Shown here: positions 49,068-58,957 of the stretch, piece after piece
How the letters are laid out: each line of letters starts with the position of its first letter
How positions within the stretch are numbered: position 1 is the stretch's first letter
NCBI GenBank assembly: GCA_947452005.1
Contig: CANGBC010000008.1
Location: forward strand, 39,690 to 103,689
DNA length: 64,000 nucleotides
Origin: Beijerinckiaceae bacterium
GTDB lineage: Bacteria > Pseudomonadota > Alphaproteobacteria > Rhizobiales > Beijerinckiaceae
Reading direction: 5' to 3'
Made by a program: the position numbers and the translations under genes
The notes under the pieces: generated by a model
What the model was told of the DNA's origin: nothing
The model's database searches: none
The model's input: the letters and a program-made list of their open reading frames with translations, nothing else

Positions 49068-49619
49068 ATGCGTACGTCTGATGCCGAGATTCTCATTGTG
49101 CCGGGCCTGAACAATTCCGGCCCAGACCATTGGCAGACGCGCTGGAGCCAGAAACTCTCTACCGCAAAGCGTGTTGAGCAAAGCAATTGGGATGCGCCTG
49201 ATCATGCATCATGGGTGAGCGCCATACGTGATGCCGTGAATGGCGCGCAAAAGCCTGTCATTCTGATTGCCCATTCACTCGGTGTCGCCGCAACCGCACA
49301 TGCAGCCGCGCAATTTGAACCCGGCAAAGTGAAGGGTGCCTTTCTGGTCGCGCCCCCGTCAGAAGACTGGCTGCGGGCGCATGAGCGAGATTTCGGCGCG
49401 TTTGAAAATCATCCGCGTGATCCCCTGCCCTTCCCCTCGCTGCTCGTCGCCAGCCGCAATGATCCCCATGCCGATTACGCAGCGGTCGAAGATCTGGCCT
49501 TCGCCTGGGGCGCGGCCTTGGTGGATGCGGGTGAGGCCGGGCATATCAATTCAGATTCCGGCCACGGGCCTTGGCCTGAAGGCTTGATGAGTCTCGCGCA
49601 TTTTCTGTCGCGGCTTTAG
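49068..49619 (+). CDS. RBBP9/YdeN-family alpha/beta hydrolase
   Basis: VPGLNNSGPDHWQ, AHSLG, SRNDP, GHIN. Confidence 0.92.
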   Translation: MRTSDAEILIVPGLNNSGPDHWQTRWSQKLSTAKRVEQSNWDAPDHASWVSAIRDAVNGAQKPVILIAHSLGVAATAHAAAQFEPGKVKGAFLVAPPSEDWLRAHERDFGAFENHPRDPLPFPSLLVASRNDPHADYAAVEDLAFAWGAALVDAGEAGHINSDSGHGPWPEGLMSLAHFLSRL

Positions 49620-49622
49620 CCC

Positions 49623-49709
49623 CGTCATTGCGAGGAGGCCGAAAGCCGACGCGGCAATCCAGAGGCCTCACGTGAGGCTCTGGATTGCTTCGCTCCGCTC
49701 GCAATGACG
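49623..49709. repeat. palindromic element family A
   Basis: CGTCATTGCGAGGAG...CTGGATTGCTTCGCTCCGCTCGCAATGACG. Confidence 0.9.
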
Positions 49710-49712
49710 CCC

Positions 49713-49737
49713 GAGAAGAGACCAATCTTCTCTTTTT
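49713..49737 (+). terminator. intrinsic terminator
   Basis: GAGAAGA-GACCAA-TCTTCTC-TTTTT. Confidence 0.6.
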
Positions 49738-49764
49738 CTGCAAAACAAAAAAAATCCACACGCA

Positions 49765-49793
49765 TTGCTTTGCGCAGGCGGCGCGCGCATTTT
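49765..49793 (+). promoter_or_regulatory. putative sigma70 promoter of the ssu leader
   Basis: TTGCTT-N17-CATTTT with upstream A-tract, about 20 bp before the riboswitch. Confidence 0.4.
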
Positions 49794-49812
49794 TGAGGCA
49801 TCGGATCACTCC

Positions 49813-49864
49813 GGTCGCGGGATTTGTCGGAGCAGCTTGCACCGCGTCACCAATGCTAAAAGCG
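49813..49864 (+). ncRNA. SAM-II (SAM-alpha) type riboswitch
   Basis: P1 CGCGG/CCGCG, L1 GATTT, TTGC-A immediately before the P1 3' strand, GCTAAA pseudoknot strand, in the canonical order. Confidence 0.75.
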
Positions 49865-49907
49865 CCACGAACAGGCTTCGTGGGCTCCTGAAAAGCGGAG
49901 AAGACCC

Positions 49908-49940
49908 ATGACCATGTCCTGTTGTCCATATCATTCCTGA
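49908..49940 (+). CDS. putative Met/Cys-rich leader peptide MTMSCCPYHS
   Basis: GGAGAAG RBS, ATG ACC ATG TCC TGT TGT CCA TAT CAT TCC TGA, between the riboswitch and ssuA. Confidence 0.55.
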   Translation: MTMSCCPYHS

Positions 49941-50043
49941 TCTGAAGCGCTGATCAGCGCGTCTTCCATTTCACATTTTCAAAGCCCCACGCGCGCGTCA
50001 CCGCGCCACGCTCCCGGCTTGTCTTTTTTGATCGGAACAAACC

Positions 50044-51003
50044 ATGCAACGCAGAGATTTTCTTAAAAGCACCGCCTTTCTGGCCGCTGGTGCGCTCACA
50101 TCCACATCTGTCCTGGCGCAAAGTGCGGTGAAGGAGATCCGCATCGGCTATCAAAAGACCGGTGTGCTGACGGTGGTGAAAGGCCTCGGCTTTCTCGAAG
50201 AGCGTTTTGCCAAGGATGGCATTGGCGTGAAATGGGTCGAATTTTCCTTCGGCCCGCCGCTGCTTGAAGCACTGAATGCGGGCGCGCTCGATTATGGCTA
50301 CACCGGCGACAGCCCGCCAATCTTTGCCCAAGCGGCACGCGCCAACCTGCTCTATGTCGGCGCCATTCCCGCACGCGGTTATGGGCAAGCAATCATCGTT
50401 CTGCCGAACTCGCCCGTGCAGCAGCTCTCCGATCTGAAGGGCAAGAAAGTCGGTGTGGCGAAAGCCTCCAGCGCGCATAATCTTTTGATTGCGGCGCTGG
50501 AATCGCAAGGCCTGTCCTTCAAGGATATTGAGCCCGCCTATCTCGCACCCGCCGATGCAGCCGCCGCCTTTGCCACCGGTGCCATTGATGCCTGGTCGAT
50601 CTGGGATCCCTATTTCGCCGTTGCCGAGCAACAGGGACGCGGCGCACGCGTTCTGCCGGTGGATCGTGCAGCGACAGCGCAAAACTCATTCTTCTTGGGC
50701 AATCGCGAATTCACCAACAAGAACCCGCAGATCATCAAAGCGATCAATGAGGAAGTGGCGCGCGCCACACTCTGGGCCAATGACAATCGCGACAAGGTGG
50801 CAGCTGTCTTTGCCGAGGCCAGCGGCGTGTCGGTTGCAGCACAGAAAATCTCTGTCGAGCGCGCCGAATATACATTCGGGCCGCTGACAGAAGACGTGCT
50901 CAAACAGCAGCAAGAAGTGGCTGATCGCTTCGCGCGCCTTGGCCTCATCCCCAAGCCGATTGCGGTGCGCGACATTGTCTGGGCCGGCAACAAAGGCGCG
51001 TGA
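50044..51003 (+). CDS. ssuA: aliphatic sulfonate ABC substrate-binding protein
   Basis: Tat-like [42 protein letters not shown]. Confidence 0.92.
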   Translation: MQRRDFLKSTAFLAAGALTSTSVLAQSAVKEIRIGYQKTGVLTVVKGLGFLEERFAKDGIGVKWVEFSFGPPLLEALNAGALDYGYTGDSPPIFAQAARANLLYVGAIPARGYGQAIIVLPNSPVQQLSDLKGKKVGVAKASSAHNLLIAALESQGLSFKDIEPAYLAPADAAAAFATGAIDAWSIWDPYFAVAEQQGRGARVLPVDRAATAQNSFFLGNREFTNKNPQIIKAINEEVARATLWANDNRDKVAAVFAEASGVSVAAQKISVERAEYTFGPLTEDVLKQQQEVADRFARLGLIPKPIAVRDIVWAGNKGA

Positions 51004-51032
51004 GCACCTCTTTCATTTGTGAGATTTCGACC

Positions 51033-52178
51033 ATGACCAAATCACTCGATATTTTCTGGTTCATCCCCGTCTCTGGTGACGGGTCATATCTGGGCACACG
51101 CCAAGGCTCACGCGCGCCGGATTTTTCTTATCTCAAGCAGATCGCACAAGGTGTAGATCGGCTGGGCTATAAGGGCGTGCTCATCCCCACAGGGCGCAAT
51201 TGCGATGATCCCTGGATCACAGCCGCCGCACTTGCCCCACACACCGAGCAGCTGAAATTTTTGCTGGCTTTGCGTCCGGGCACATTGTCGCCCACTTATG
51301 CCGCGCGACAGGCGGCGGCACTGGATCGCATTTCCAACGGGCGCTTCATCGTCAACATTGTCACGGGCGGCAATCCGACGGAACTCGCGGGCGACGGCAT
51401 TCATCACACGCATGATGAGCGCTATCAGCACACGGCAGAATTTCTCTCCGTCTATAATCGCCTGTTGGAAGGTAAAGAGGTCAGCTATCGGGGCAAATAT
51501 ATTGATGTGCGCAAAGCCAAGCTCGAATTCGCACCCGTGCAAAATCCGCGTCCGCAAGTCTGGTTTGGTGGCTCGTCTGATGCGGGCATTGATGTCGCGG
51601 CTGAACATTCCGATGTCTATCTGACATGGGGCGAACCGCTGGCGGATGTCGAGGCCAAACTCAAGTCCGCCCGCACGCGCGCCAAGCTCAAGGGCCGCTC
51701 GCTGAAATTTGGTCTGCGCATTCATCTCATCGTGCGCGAAACAGATGATGAAGCCTGGGCAGCCGCTGACAAACTGATCTCGCATCTCCCGCAAGCCGCC
51801 ATTGATGCAGCGCAAGCCAAGTTCCGTCAGGAATCGGATTCCGTCGGCCAGTCGCGCATGTCGGATCTGCACAATGGCGACCGCAGCAAACTCGTCATTG
51901 CGCCCAATCTGTGGGCTGGCATTGGCCTTGTGCGTGGCGGTGCTGGCACTGCACTCGTTGGCTCGCCGCAAACAGTGGCCAAACGCCTCGCCGAATATCA
52001 GGCACTTGGCATTGAGACGATCATTGCCTCGGGCTATCCGCATTTGGAAGAAGCCTATCGCACGGCCGAATTGCTCTTCCCCGCGCTTGGGCTTGTGAAA
52101 GAGGAAAAGGAAACCGTGCTCGCCGATATTGGCGCTTATGGCGTCAGCGGCACGGGCTATCGCGTTTCGGCGAGTTAA
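51033..52178 (+). CDS. ssuD: FMNH2-dependent alkanesulfonate monooxygenase
   Basis: [49 protein letters not shown]. Confidence 0.95.
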   Translation: MTKSLDIFWFIPVSGDGSYLGTRQGSRAPDFSYLKQIAQGVDRLGYKGVLIPTGRNCDDPWITAAALAPHTEQLKFLLALRPGTLSPTYAARQAAALDRISNGRFIVNIVTGGNPTELAGDGIHHTHDERYQHTAEFLSVYNRLLEGKEVSYRGKYIDVRKAKLEFAPVQNPRPQVWFGGSSDAGIDVAAEHSDVYLTWGEPLADVEAKLKSARTRAKLKGRSLKFGLRIHLIVRETDDEAWAAADKLISHLPQAAIDAAQAKFRQESDSVGQSRMSDLHNGDRSKLVIAPNLWAGIGLVRGGAGTALVGSPQTVAKRLAEYQALGIETIIASGYPHLEEAYRTAELLFPALGLVKEEKETVLADIGAYGVSGTGYRVSAS

Positions 52179-52182
52179 TGTC

Positions 52183-53052
52183 ATGAGCGACATTGCCGCC
52201 AAACCTCTTTCCTCCGGCTGGCGCTTCTGGCGCGTTGCGTTCGCTCCGCAACGCGCACGTGCCAGCACGCAGGCCAAACGCCAAGGTAGATTGATCTCCT
52301 CCCGACTAACACCTTGGTTGTTGCCTGCTCTGCTTCTCGCGCTCTGGCAGGGCGCGAGTGCCGGAGGATTTCTCTCATCCGAAATCCTGCCCTCGCCACT
52401 TGATGTGGTGAAGGCGGGCGCCACTCTGGTCGGCAGTGGACAGCTCGCTGACAATCTCTTGGTCTCGGCGCGCCGCGCAGCCTCGGGCTTTCTGGTGGGC
52501 GGCGCGCTGGCCTTTGCTTTGGGTCTGTCGAACGGGCTGTCGCGCCTGAGCGAGCGGTTGACGGATACGACTGTGCAGATGATCCGCAACATTCCCAATC
52601 TGTCGCTGATCCCGCTCGTGATTTTATGGTTTGGCATCGGCGAGGAGTCGAAACTCTTCCTCACGGCGCTGGGTGTTTTCTTCCCCATCTACATCAACAC
52701 ATTTCACGGCGTGCGCACGGTCGACGCGCAATTGGTCGAAATGGCGCGCTCCTATGGCATGAGCTCGCGCGAATTGTTTCTGCGCGTGATCTTTCCCGGC
52801 GCCCTGCCCTCGATCTTCGTGGGCTTGCGCTATGCACTGGGCGTCATGTGGCTGACGTTGATCGTGGCAGAAACCATCGCCGCCAATTCCGGCATTGGCT
52901 ATATGGCCATGCAGGCGCGTGAATTCATGCTGGTCGATGTCGTCGTGCTCGCCATTCTGATTTACGCGGCACTGGGCAAGCTCGCTGATTCCACGGTGCG
53001 TGCGCTTGAGCGCCGCGCGCTGGCCTGGCATCCAGCTTTTCACAAGGTGTGA
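52183..53052 (+). CDS. ssuC: sulfonate ABC permease
   Basis: QMIRNIP..LIPLVILWFGIGE, FFPIYINTFHG, WLTLIVAETI. Confidence 0.93.
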   Translation: MSDIAAKPLSSGWRFWRVAFAPQRARASTQAKRQGRLISSRLTPWLLPALLLALWQGASAGGFLSSEILPSPLDVVKAGATLVGSGQLADNLLVSARRAASGFLVGGALAFALGLSNGLSRLSERLTDTTVQMIRNIPNLSLIPLVILWFGIGEESKLFLTALGVFFPIYINTFHGVRTVDAQLVEMARSYGMSSRELFLRVIFPGALPSIFVGLRYALGVMWLTLIVAETIAANSGIGYMAMQAREFMLVDVVVLAILIYAALGKLADSTVRALERRALAWHPAFHKV

Positions 53053-53055
53053 GAC

Positions 53056-53784
53056 ATGAGCCCTCGTGGAAGCGCCATCACCTTGCGCCATGTGTCGAAA
53101 AGCTTCGGCTCGGTGCCTGTGCTCACAAACATTGATCTCGACATCACGCCGGGATCTTTCACCGCCATCATTGGCCGCTCGGGTTGCGGCAAGAGCACGC
53201 TGTTGCGGCTCATTGCTGGCCTTGATGAACCAAGTGCGGGCGAGATTCATTTTTCGGGTGGGGGCAAGCCACGCCTTATGTTTCAAGAAGCCCGTCTGCT
53301 GCCTTGGGCGCGGGTGCTCGACAATGTTGAAGTGGGTTTGGGTTTTGATCGCGGCACACCAGAGGGGCGCGCACGCGCGCAAGACGCGCTTGAGCATGTG
53401 GGTCTGGGAGATCGGCTGAAAGACTGGCCTGCGACTTTGTCAGGCGGGCAACGCCAGCGCGTCGCTTTGGCGCGCGCACTCGTCAGCCGCCCGCAGGCGC
53501 TCGCCCTTGATGAACCGCTGGGTGCGCTCGATGCGCTCACCCGCATCGAGATGCAGCGGCTCATTGAAGGCATTTGGCGCGCGGAAGGTTTTACCACGCT
53601 GCTCGTCACGCATGATGTGTCGGAAGCCTTGATGCTGGCCGACCGCGTGCTGCTGATTGAAGACGGCGCCATCGGGCTCGATCTGACCATCGATCTGCCC
53701 CGCCCGCGCCGCCGTGACATGAGCGACTTGGCGCGGCATGAAGAGCAGATACTGGAGCGCTTGCTGGACAAGAAAGCGGCTTGA
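53056..53784 (+). CDS. ssuB: sulfonate ABC ATPase
   Basis: [36 protein letters not shown]. Confidence 0.93.
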   Translation: MSPRGSAITLRHVSKSFGSVPVLTNIDLDITPGSFTAIIGRSGCGKSTLLRLIAGLDEPSAGEIHFSGGGKPRLMFQEARLLPWARVLDNVEVGLGFDRGTPEGRARAQDALEHVGLGDRLKDWPATLSGGQRQRVALARALVSRPQALALDEPLGALDALTRIEMQRLIEGIWRAEGFTTLLVTHDVSEALMLADRVLLIEDGAIGLDLTIDLPRPRRRDMSDLARHEEQILERLLDKKAA

Positions 53785-53788
53785 AGCT

Positions 53789-53895
53789 CGTCATTGCGAG
53801 GAGGGCGAAGCCCGACGTGGCAATCCACTGACGGGTCTTGGATGGTCTGGCGTTACGCCGTGGATTGCTTCGTCGCTTTGCTCCTCGCAATGACG
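53789..53895. repeat. palindromic element family A
   Basis: CGTCATTGCGAGGAG...GCAATCCA...TGGATTGCTTCG...CCTCGCAATGACG. Confidence 0.9.
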
Positions 53896-53899
53896 ACAT

Positions 53900-53926
53900 A
53901 AAAAAGGCGGGCACAAAGCCCGCCTT
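53900..53926 (-). terminator. intrinsic terminator
   Basis: AAAAAAGGCGGGC-ACAAA-GCCCGCCTT. Confidence 0.75.
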
Positions 53927-53949
53927 CAATTCAACCACGCGACCGCATC

Positions 53950-54513
53950 TCAATAATAATAGGGACGCGGGCGGTAATAGGGGCGTGGCTGGTAATAATA
54001 GGGGCGCGGCGCGACATAGACTGGCGCCGGTCGCTCATAGACCACCACTTCACGTACGGGCGGCGCGACATCTTCCACGAGATTGCCGCGCGCCTTCATG
54101 CATTGCGCATAGACTGTGTCGTAGCGATCCTGCACAGCACCACCCGCTTGGCGTCCATTGCTGGCGCCCACGAGTGAACCAGCCAGCAGGCCTGTGCCCG
54201 CGCCGATGGCCGCACCCTTGCCCATATTGGCCGAAGCCGAGCCAATGGCAGCACCTGCCAGCGCACCCAGCGCCGTACCGACAGCGGCACTTTGCACGGC
54301 GGATGTATTGGCGGTCTCGCCCGGCGAGCGATATCCCACCTGGCGCTGAGCGGCGCCCTGGCAATAATCATCGTCGCGCTGGAACGCCTCATACGACTTG
54401 CCCTTGGCGGGCATGACATTGACGCTCGGCGCAGCCGGGCCGGTGGAGGCACAGCCTGCCAGCGTCAGCGAGACAGCGCTGGCTGCCATGAGGGCTTTGG
54501 CAAGTTTCAACAT
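53950..54513 (-). CDS. glycine-zipper lipoprotein
   Basis: LAGC lipobox, FQRDDDYC, GALAGAAIG...GAAIGAGTG, YAQCM, Pro/Tyr-rich tail. Confidence 0.85.
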   Translation of the reverse strand: MLKLAKALMAASAVSLTLAGCASTGPAAPSVNVMPAKGKSYEAFQRDDDYCQGAAQRQVGYRSPGETANTSAVQSAAVGTALGALAGAAIGSASANMGKGAAIGAGTGLLAGSLVGASNGRQAGGAVQDRYDTVYAQCMKARGNLVEDVAPPVREVVVYERPAPVYVAPRPYYYQPRPYYRPRPYYY

Positions 54514-54597
54514 AGGGCAATCCCTTTAATCGATTCGAATGGCACAGCTTGATAATGCCAAGGTGGCAATAAAATGACGCGGATCAAGAGGCAAGCG

Positions 54598-55719
54598 TCA
54601 GCGGCGCGGGGCCACAGCCTGTACCTTGCCGCCATCCGTCACTTCATCGGGCAAATTCAGCAAGATCGGCTCACCCGCCTTCAGACCCTCGGTCACGGTC
54701 ACACGCGCACCATCTGTGCCGCCGACCACCACCGGGCGCAGTTGCACCGTTGATTTCTCCTTGTCGAACACTGGCACAACCGAGCGGCCATTGCGCAGCA
54801 GAAGCGCGGGCGCGGGAATCTGGATGGAAGCCTCCAACGGCACATCCAGCGTCACATTGACAAAGGAGCCCGGCACGAAAAATTCGTCCGGATTATCCAG
54901 ATGCACTTCGATCAGCATGGTGCGGGATTTGGGATCCATCTCGCCTGTCATGCGGGTGATCTCGCCAGATTTGCGCCGCTCGGGGCGGCTGGCATCCACC
55001 ACTTCGGCCTTGTGACCGACCTTGATGAACGGCACATCGGGCTGCTGCAAAAACGCATAGACGCGCACGCGCGTATTGTCAGAGATGGTGAGCAGCGGCT
55101 GCGCACTCACCGCATTGGTCTGCGCATTGGTGACCAGCGCACCCGGATCCACAAAGCGCGCGGTGACGCGGCCTTCCAGCGGCGAGCGGATGGTCTGATA
55201 GGCGCGCGTCGCAGCCAGACCCGCGACATTGTTTTCCGCCACCATGAAATCCGTCTCAGCCTGAAGCATGGCCACCTGCGTTGTCGAGCCACGATCAAAC
55301 AGACCGCGCAGACGTTCCAGATTGCGCTTCTTCTGGATGAGATCATTCAAAGCCGCAGCATATTGCTGTTCGAGCTCGGGGCTATCGAGTTCAGCCAGCA
55401 CCTGCCCGGCGCTCACCTTGTCACCCTTGTCGACATTGATCGTCTTCAGATAGGCGGAGATTTTGGCGTAAAGCGTCACGGTGGCAGCCGAGCGCACATC
55501 GCCCAGCAATTTGATCGTGCGCGACTTCGGCCCAGCGGTGGCTTCCACCATTTCCACGCGCGGGCCCATTTCAGCCACTTTGGCCTGTGCGCTGCGCATG
55601 GTGTCGACGCGATCCGTCTCGCCTGCATAATGGCGCCAGACAAAGACAGCCGCGGCCAGAAGGAAGATACCGCCGGCGATCCGCGCGATGTGGGACTTGT
55701 TCTGCGGGATCTCAACCAT
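54598..55719 (-). CDS. RND efflux periplasmic adaptor
   Basis: VDKGDKVSAGQVLAE, IRSPLEGRVTAR, DPKSRTML. Confidence 0.92.
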   Translation of the reverse strand: MVEIPQNKSHIARIAGGIFLLAAAVFVWRHYAGETDRVDTMRSAQAKVAEMGPRVEMVEATAGPKSRTIKLLGDVRSAATVTLYAKISAYLKTINVDKGDKVSAGQVLAELDSPELEQQYAAALNDLIQKKRNLERLRGLFDRGSTTQVAMLQAETDFMVAENNVAGLAATRAYQTIRSPLEGRVTARFVDPGALVTNAQTNAVSAQPLLTISDNTRVRVYAFLQQPDVPFIKVGHKAEVVDASRPERRKSGEITRMTGEMDPKSRTMLIEVHLDNPDEFFVPGSFVNVTLDVPLEASIQIPAPALLLRNGRSVVPVFDKEKSTVQLRPVVVGGTDGARVTVTEGLKAGEPILLNLPDEVTDGGKVQAVAPRR

Positions 55720-58700
55720 CGACTATTCCTTCGGCATGCATTTCTTCATTGAATTTTTGATCGAGCTTTTGCAGCTGCGGCATCTCTTTGCGCAGCAGCG
55801 TGTAGAAGATCGGCACAAGGAATAGCGTGGCAAAGGTCGCCACTGCCAGACCACCGATCACGGCGCGGCCAAGCGGTGCATTCTGCTCACCTGCTTCACC
55901 CAGACCCAGTGCCATCGGCACCATGCCCATGATCATCGCCAGCGCCGTCATCATGATCGGACGCAAACGGGTGGAAGCCGATTCCACCACCGCTTCAAAC
56001 GGTGTGAGCGACGGCTGACGTACGCGCAGATCGTTGGCAAAGGACACGACAAGGATCGAGTTCGACACGCAGATGCCCACCGACATAATGGCCCCCATCA
56101 GCGACACGACATTGATCGTCGTGCCTGTGGCAGCCAGCATCCAGATGATGCCAATCAAAGCGCCGGGCACCGCCATCATGATGATGAACGGATCAACCCA
56201 AGACTGGAAGAGAATGACGAGCACCGCATAGACAAGGAAAATGGCGAGGATCAAACCGAAGCCGAGCATTTTAAAGCTCTTCTCCATCACCTCGTTCTGG
56301 CCGCGCAAAACAATCTTGGTTTGCGAGGGCAAATCTTTTTGCACCTCGGCAATGACCTTTTTGATTTCAGCTGCGGTCGAGCCCAGATCACGCCCCTCCA
56401 CATTGGCCGCCACGTCAATGACGCGCTGGATTGTGTAATGGTTGATCGCATTCATCGCTGTGCCCGGCGTGACGGAGGCAAAGTCCCCCAGTCGCGTGAC
56501 AGGTGCCGAGGGCAGCGTTGTGGGCGTGACAACAGCCGGTGCAGGTGTCAGCGAGGTGGGCGCAGATTGCGCGGGGAAGGACAGAATGTCCTGCACCGTT
56601 TCCAGACGCTCAATCGGCGTGTTGACGACGACCGAATAGTTCACGCCGTTCTGCGGATTGAGAAAGTAGGTCGGGCTGATCGAGGAAGACCCCGACAAGG
56701 ATGCCAGCATATTATTGGCGACATCGCGCTGCGAGACACCCAGCCGCACCGCACGCTGGCGATCGACTTCAATCTGCAGCGAGGGGAAGTTGAGCACCTG
56801 CGTGATATGGGGATCAACCACACCCGGGATCACCTTCAGCTTTTGCAAGAGCTGCTGACCGACCGCGTAAGAGCGCTCGAAATTCTGATCCTGAATCTGA
56901 ATATCGATGGGCGCCGACAGGCCAAAGTTCAAAACCTGACTGACAATATCAGCCGTCTGGAAATAGAAGATCACACCGGGAAATTCAGCGGTGAGCTGAT
57001 CACGGATGAGTTGCTTATATTCGTCTGTCGGGCGATGCGGGGCCTTCAGCGAGATCAGCAATTCCGCATCGGCGCCGCTGGTATTGTCAGAGGGCACGAA
57101 AGCCAGGTTGAGACCGCCCGGCACGCCAATCATCGCATTGATGGTGCGCATTTCCTTGGGCGGGATGATCTTGCGCAGAGCAATCTCGACATCCGACACA
57201 AGGTCTTCGGTGGATTCCAGACGATTGCCTGCGGGTGCGCGCACATGCAGTTTCAAAATGCCCACGTCAGCGGTTGGATAAAAATCCGTCCCGACATTGG
57301 GCGCCAGCATCAAGGTGATGGCGAGCAATCCACCAAAACCAAACAGCACTTGCTTGCGCATGCCCAAGGCGCCCGTCAGCACATTCACAAAGCCTGCCTT
57401 GAACGCATCGAAGCGGCGATCAAATGCCTCCGCCATTCTTGCGCCAAAAGATTTGGGGCCTGAATGGCCATGGTCTTCGCCCGACAGCAATTGCCGCGCA
57501 AGCGAGGGCACAACCGTGAAGGACAAAACGAATGACGCCAGCATCGACAAGACGACGGTGATGGCCAGCGGAATGAAGAGGAAGCGCGCCGCCCCTTCCA
57601 GCAACAACACCGGAATGAAGACGATACAAATGCAAAGGGTTGCGACCGTCAGCGGCTGCACGACTTCGCCCGAGCCTTCAACAATGGCGATGGTGAGCGG
57701 CTTGCCGAGCGCCTGGTTGCGGTGGATGTTTTCCATCACCACGGTCGCATTATCAACGAGCATGCCGATCGCCAGAGCCATGCCGCCCAGCGTCATCAGA
57801 TTGATCGTCTGACCCGTCAGATAGAGGCCAGCCATGCCCGCAAAGATCGACAGTGGAATGGAGGCGGCCACCACCAATGTGTTGCGCCAGCTGCCCAAGA
57901 ACACAAGGATCATCAGCGAGACGAGAATGGATGAGGTGATCGCCTCTTCGACCACATTGGTGACCGCTGCACGCACGAAGACTGATTGGTCAAAGTCCAT
58001 GCGCAGTTCAAGGCCAGAGGGTGCGGACTCCTGAATTTCCGGCAGAATGCCGCGCACGGCATCGACGACCTTCAGCGTCGAGGCGTGGGTGTGTTTCAGG
58101 ATCGGAATAAACGCGGCGCGCTGGCCGTCAATGCGCACGATGTTGGATTGCTGCGAGAAACTATCCTTCACAGTGGCAATATCAGCCAAGGTCACCATCA
58201 CGCCTTCGCGCACACCCACGGGGATATTGTTGAATTGTTCAACCAGGCGCGGGCTTGAATTGAGCTGGATCGCATATTCTTTCGCACCCAAGCGCGCGAC
58301 GCCCGCTGGCACGATCACATTGCTGGTGCCCAAAGCATTGACGACATCCATCTGCGACAGGCCCTTGGAGGCTGCTTTCAATGGGTCAACTTCGACAATG
58401 ATCTGGCGGTTCTTGCCACCAAAGGCGGCGGGAATGGAGAGGCCCGGAATGGTGAAGAGTTTCACGCGCAGAAAATTATTGGCGTAATCGGAAATCTGCT
58501 GTTCGGGCACGCTGGTCGAATTGAGCGTCACCTGCACGACGGGCACATTGGACGCGTTGAACTGGATGATATTGGGCGGCTGCATGCCGGGCGGCGCGAT
58601 ACGCAAGACCGCATTGCTCTGCGCCGAGATCTGGGCAATCGCGCCACCAATGTCGGTGCCGGGCTGGAAATAGATTTTCAGAATGCCTTGCCCGGGAATG

Positions 58701-58957
58701 GACAGGGATTCGATGTGATCAACGCCATTGACGGTGGTTGAATAGGCGCGCTCGGAGACGAGCACGACGCGCCGTTCCATGTCTTCCGCCGACAGGCCAT
58801 TGTAAGACCAGGCGACATAGACAACCGGAATATCAATCGCGGGGAAAATATCGACCGTCATGCGCGAGACAGAAATGAAACCCGTCAGCATGATCAGGAC
58901 GGCGGTCACCGCCATAGTATAAGGCCGCCTCAGGGCGAGCTTCACCAGCGCCAGCAC
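55712..58957 (-). CDS. RND efflux permease
   Basis: 1081 aa; DIFPAIDIP, IGMLVDNATVVMENI, RLRPIMMT, PLGRAVIGG. Confidence 0.95.
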   Translation of the reverse strand: MLALVKLALRRPYTMAVTAVLIMLTGFISVSRMTVDIFPAIDIPVVYVAWSYNGLSAEDMERRVVLVSERAYSTTVNGVDHIESLSIPGQGILKIYFQPGTDIGGAIAQISAQSNAVLRIAPPGMQPPNIIQFNASNVPVVQVTLNSTSVPEQQISDYANNFLRVKLFTIPGLSIPAAFGGKNRQIIVEVDPLKAASKGLSQMDVVNALGTSNVIVPAGVARLGAKEYAIQLNSSPRLVEQFNNIPVGVREGVMVTLADIATVKDSFSQQSNIVRIDGQRAAFIPILKHTHASTLKVVDAVRGILPEIQESAPSGLELRMDFDQSVFVRAAVTNVVEEAITSSILVSLMILVFLGSWRNTLVVAASIPLSIFAGMAGLYLTGQTINLMTLGGMALAIGMLVDNATVVMENIHRNQALGKPLTIAIVEGSGEVVQPLTVATLCICIVFIPVLLLEGAARFLFIPLAITVVLSMLASFVLSFTVVPSLARQLLSGEDHGHSGPKSFGARMAEAFDRRFDAFKAGFVNVLTGALGMRKQVLFGFGGLLAITLMLAPNVGTDFYPTADVGILKLHVRAPAGNRLESTEDLVSDVEIALRKIIPPKEMRTINAMIGVPGGLNLAFVPSDNTSGADAELLISLKAPHRPTDEYKQLIRDQLTAEFPGVIFYFQTADIVSQVLNFGLSAPIDIQIQDQNFERSYAVGQQLLQKLKVIPGVVDPHITQVLNFPSLQIEVDRQRAVRLGVSQRDVANNMLASLSGSSSISPTYFLNPQNGVNYSVVVNTPIERLETVQDILSFPAQSAPTSLTPAPAVVTPTTLPSAPVTRLGDFASVTPGTAMNAINHYTIQRVIDVAANVEGRDLGSTAAEIKKVIAEVQKDLPSQTKIVLRGQNEVMEKSFKMLGFGLILAIFLVYAVLVILFQSWVDPFIIMMAVPGALIGIIWMLAATGTTINVVSLMGAIMSVGICVSNSILVVSFANDLRVRQPSLTPFEAVVESASTRLRPIMMTALAMIMGMVPMALGLGEAGEQNAPLGRAVIGGLAVATFATLFLVPIFYTLLRKEMPQLQKLDQKFNEEMHAEGIVDG

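Noticed and set aside
51108-52688. Long antisense ORFs such as 526 aa opposite ssuD/ssuC (similarly opposite cysE, map and the RND gene)
   Set aside because: Typical stop-poor shadow frames of high-GC genes with no recognisable motifs.
1446-53895. Family A repeats with variable cores read as a CRISPR array or integron attC sites
   Set aside because: Copies are dispersed over 52 kb and are inverted rather than tandem direct repeats; no cas or intI gene; no RYYYAAC/GTTRRRY ends.
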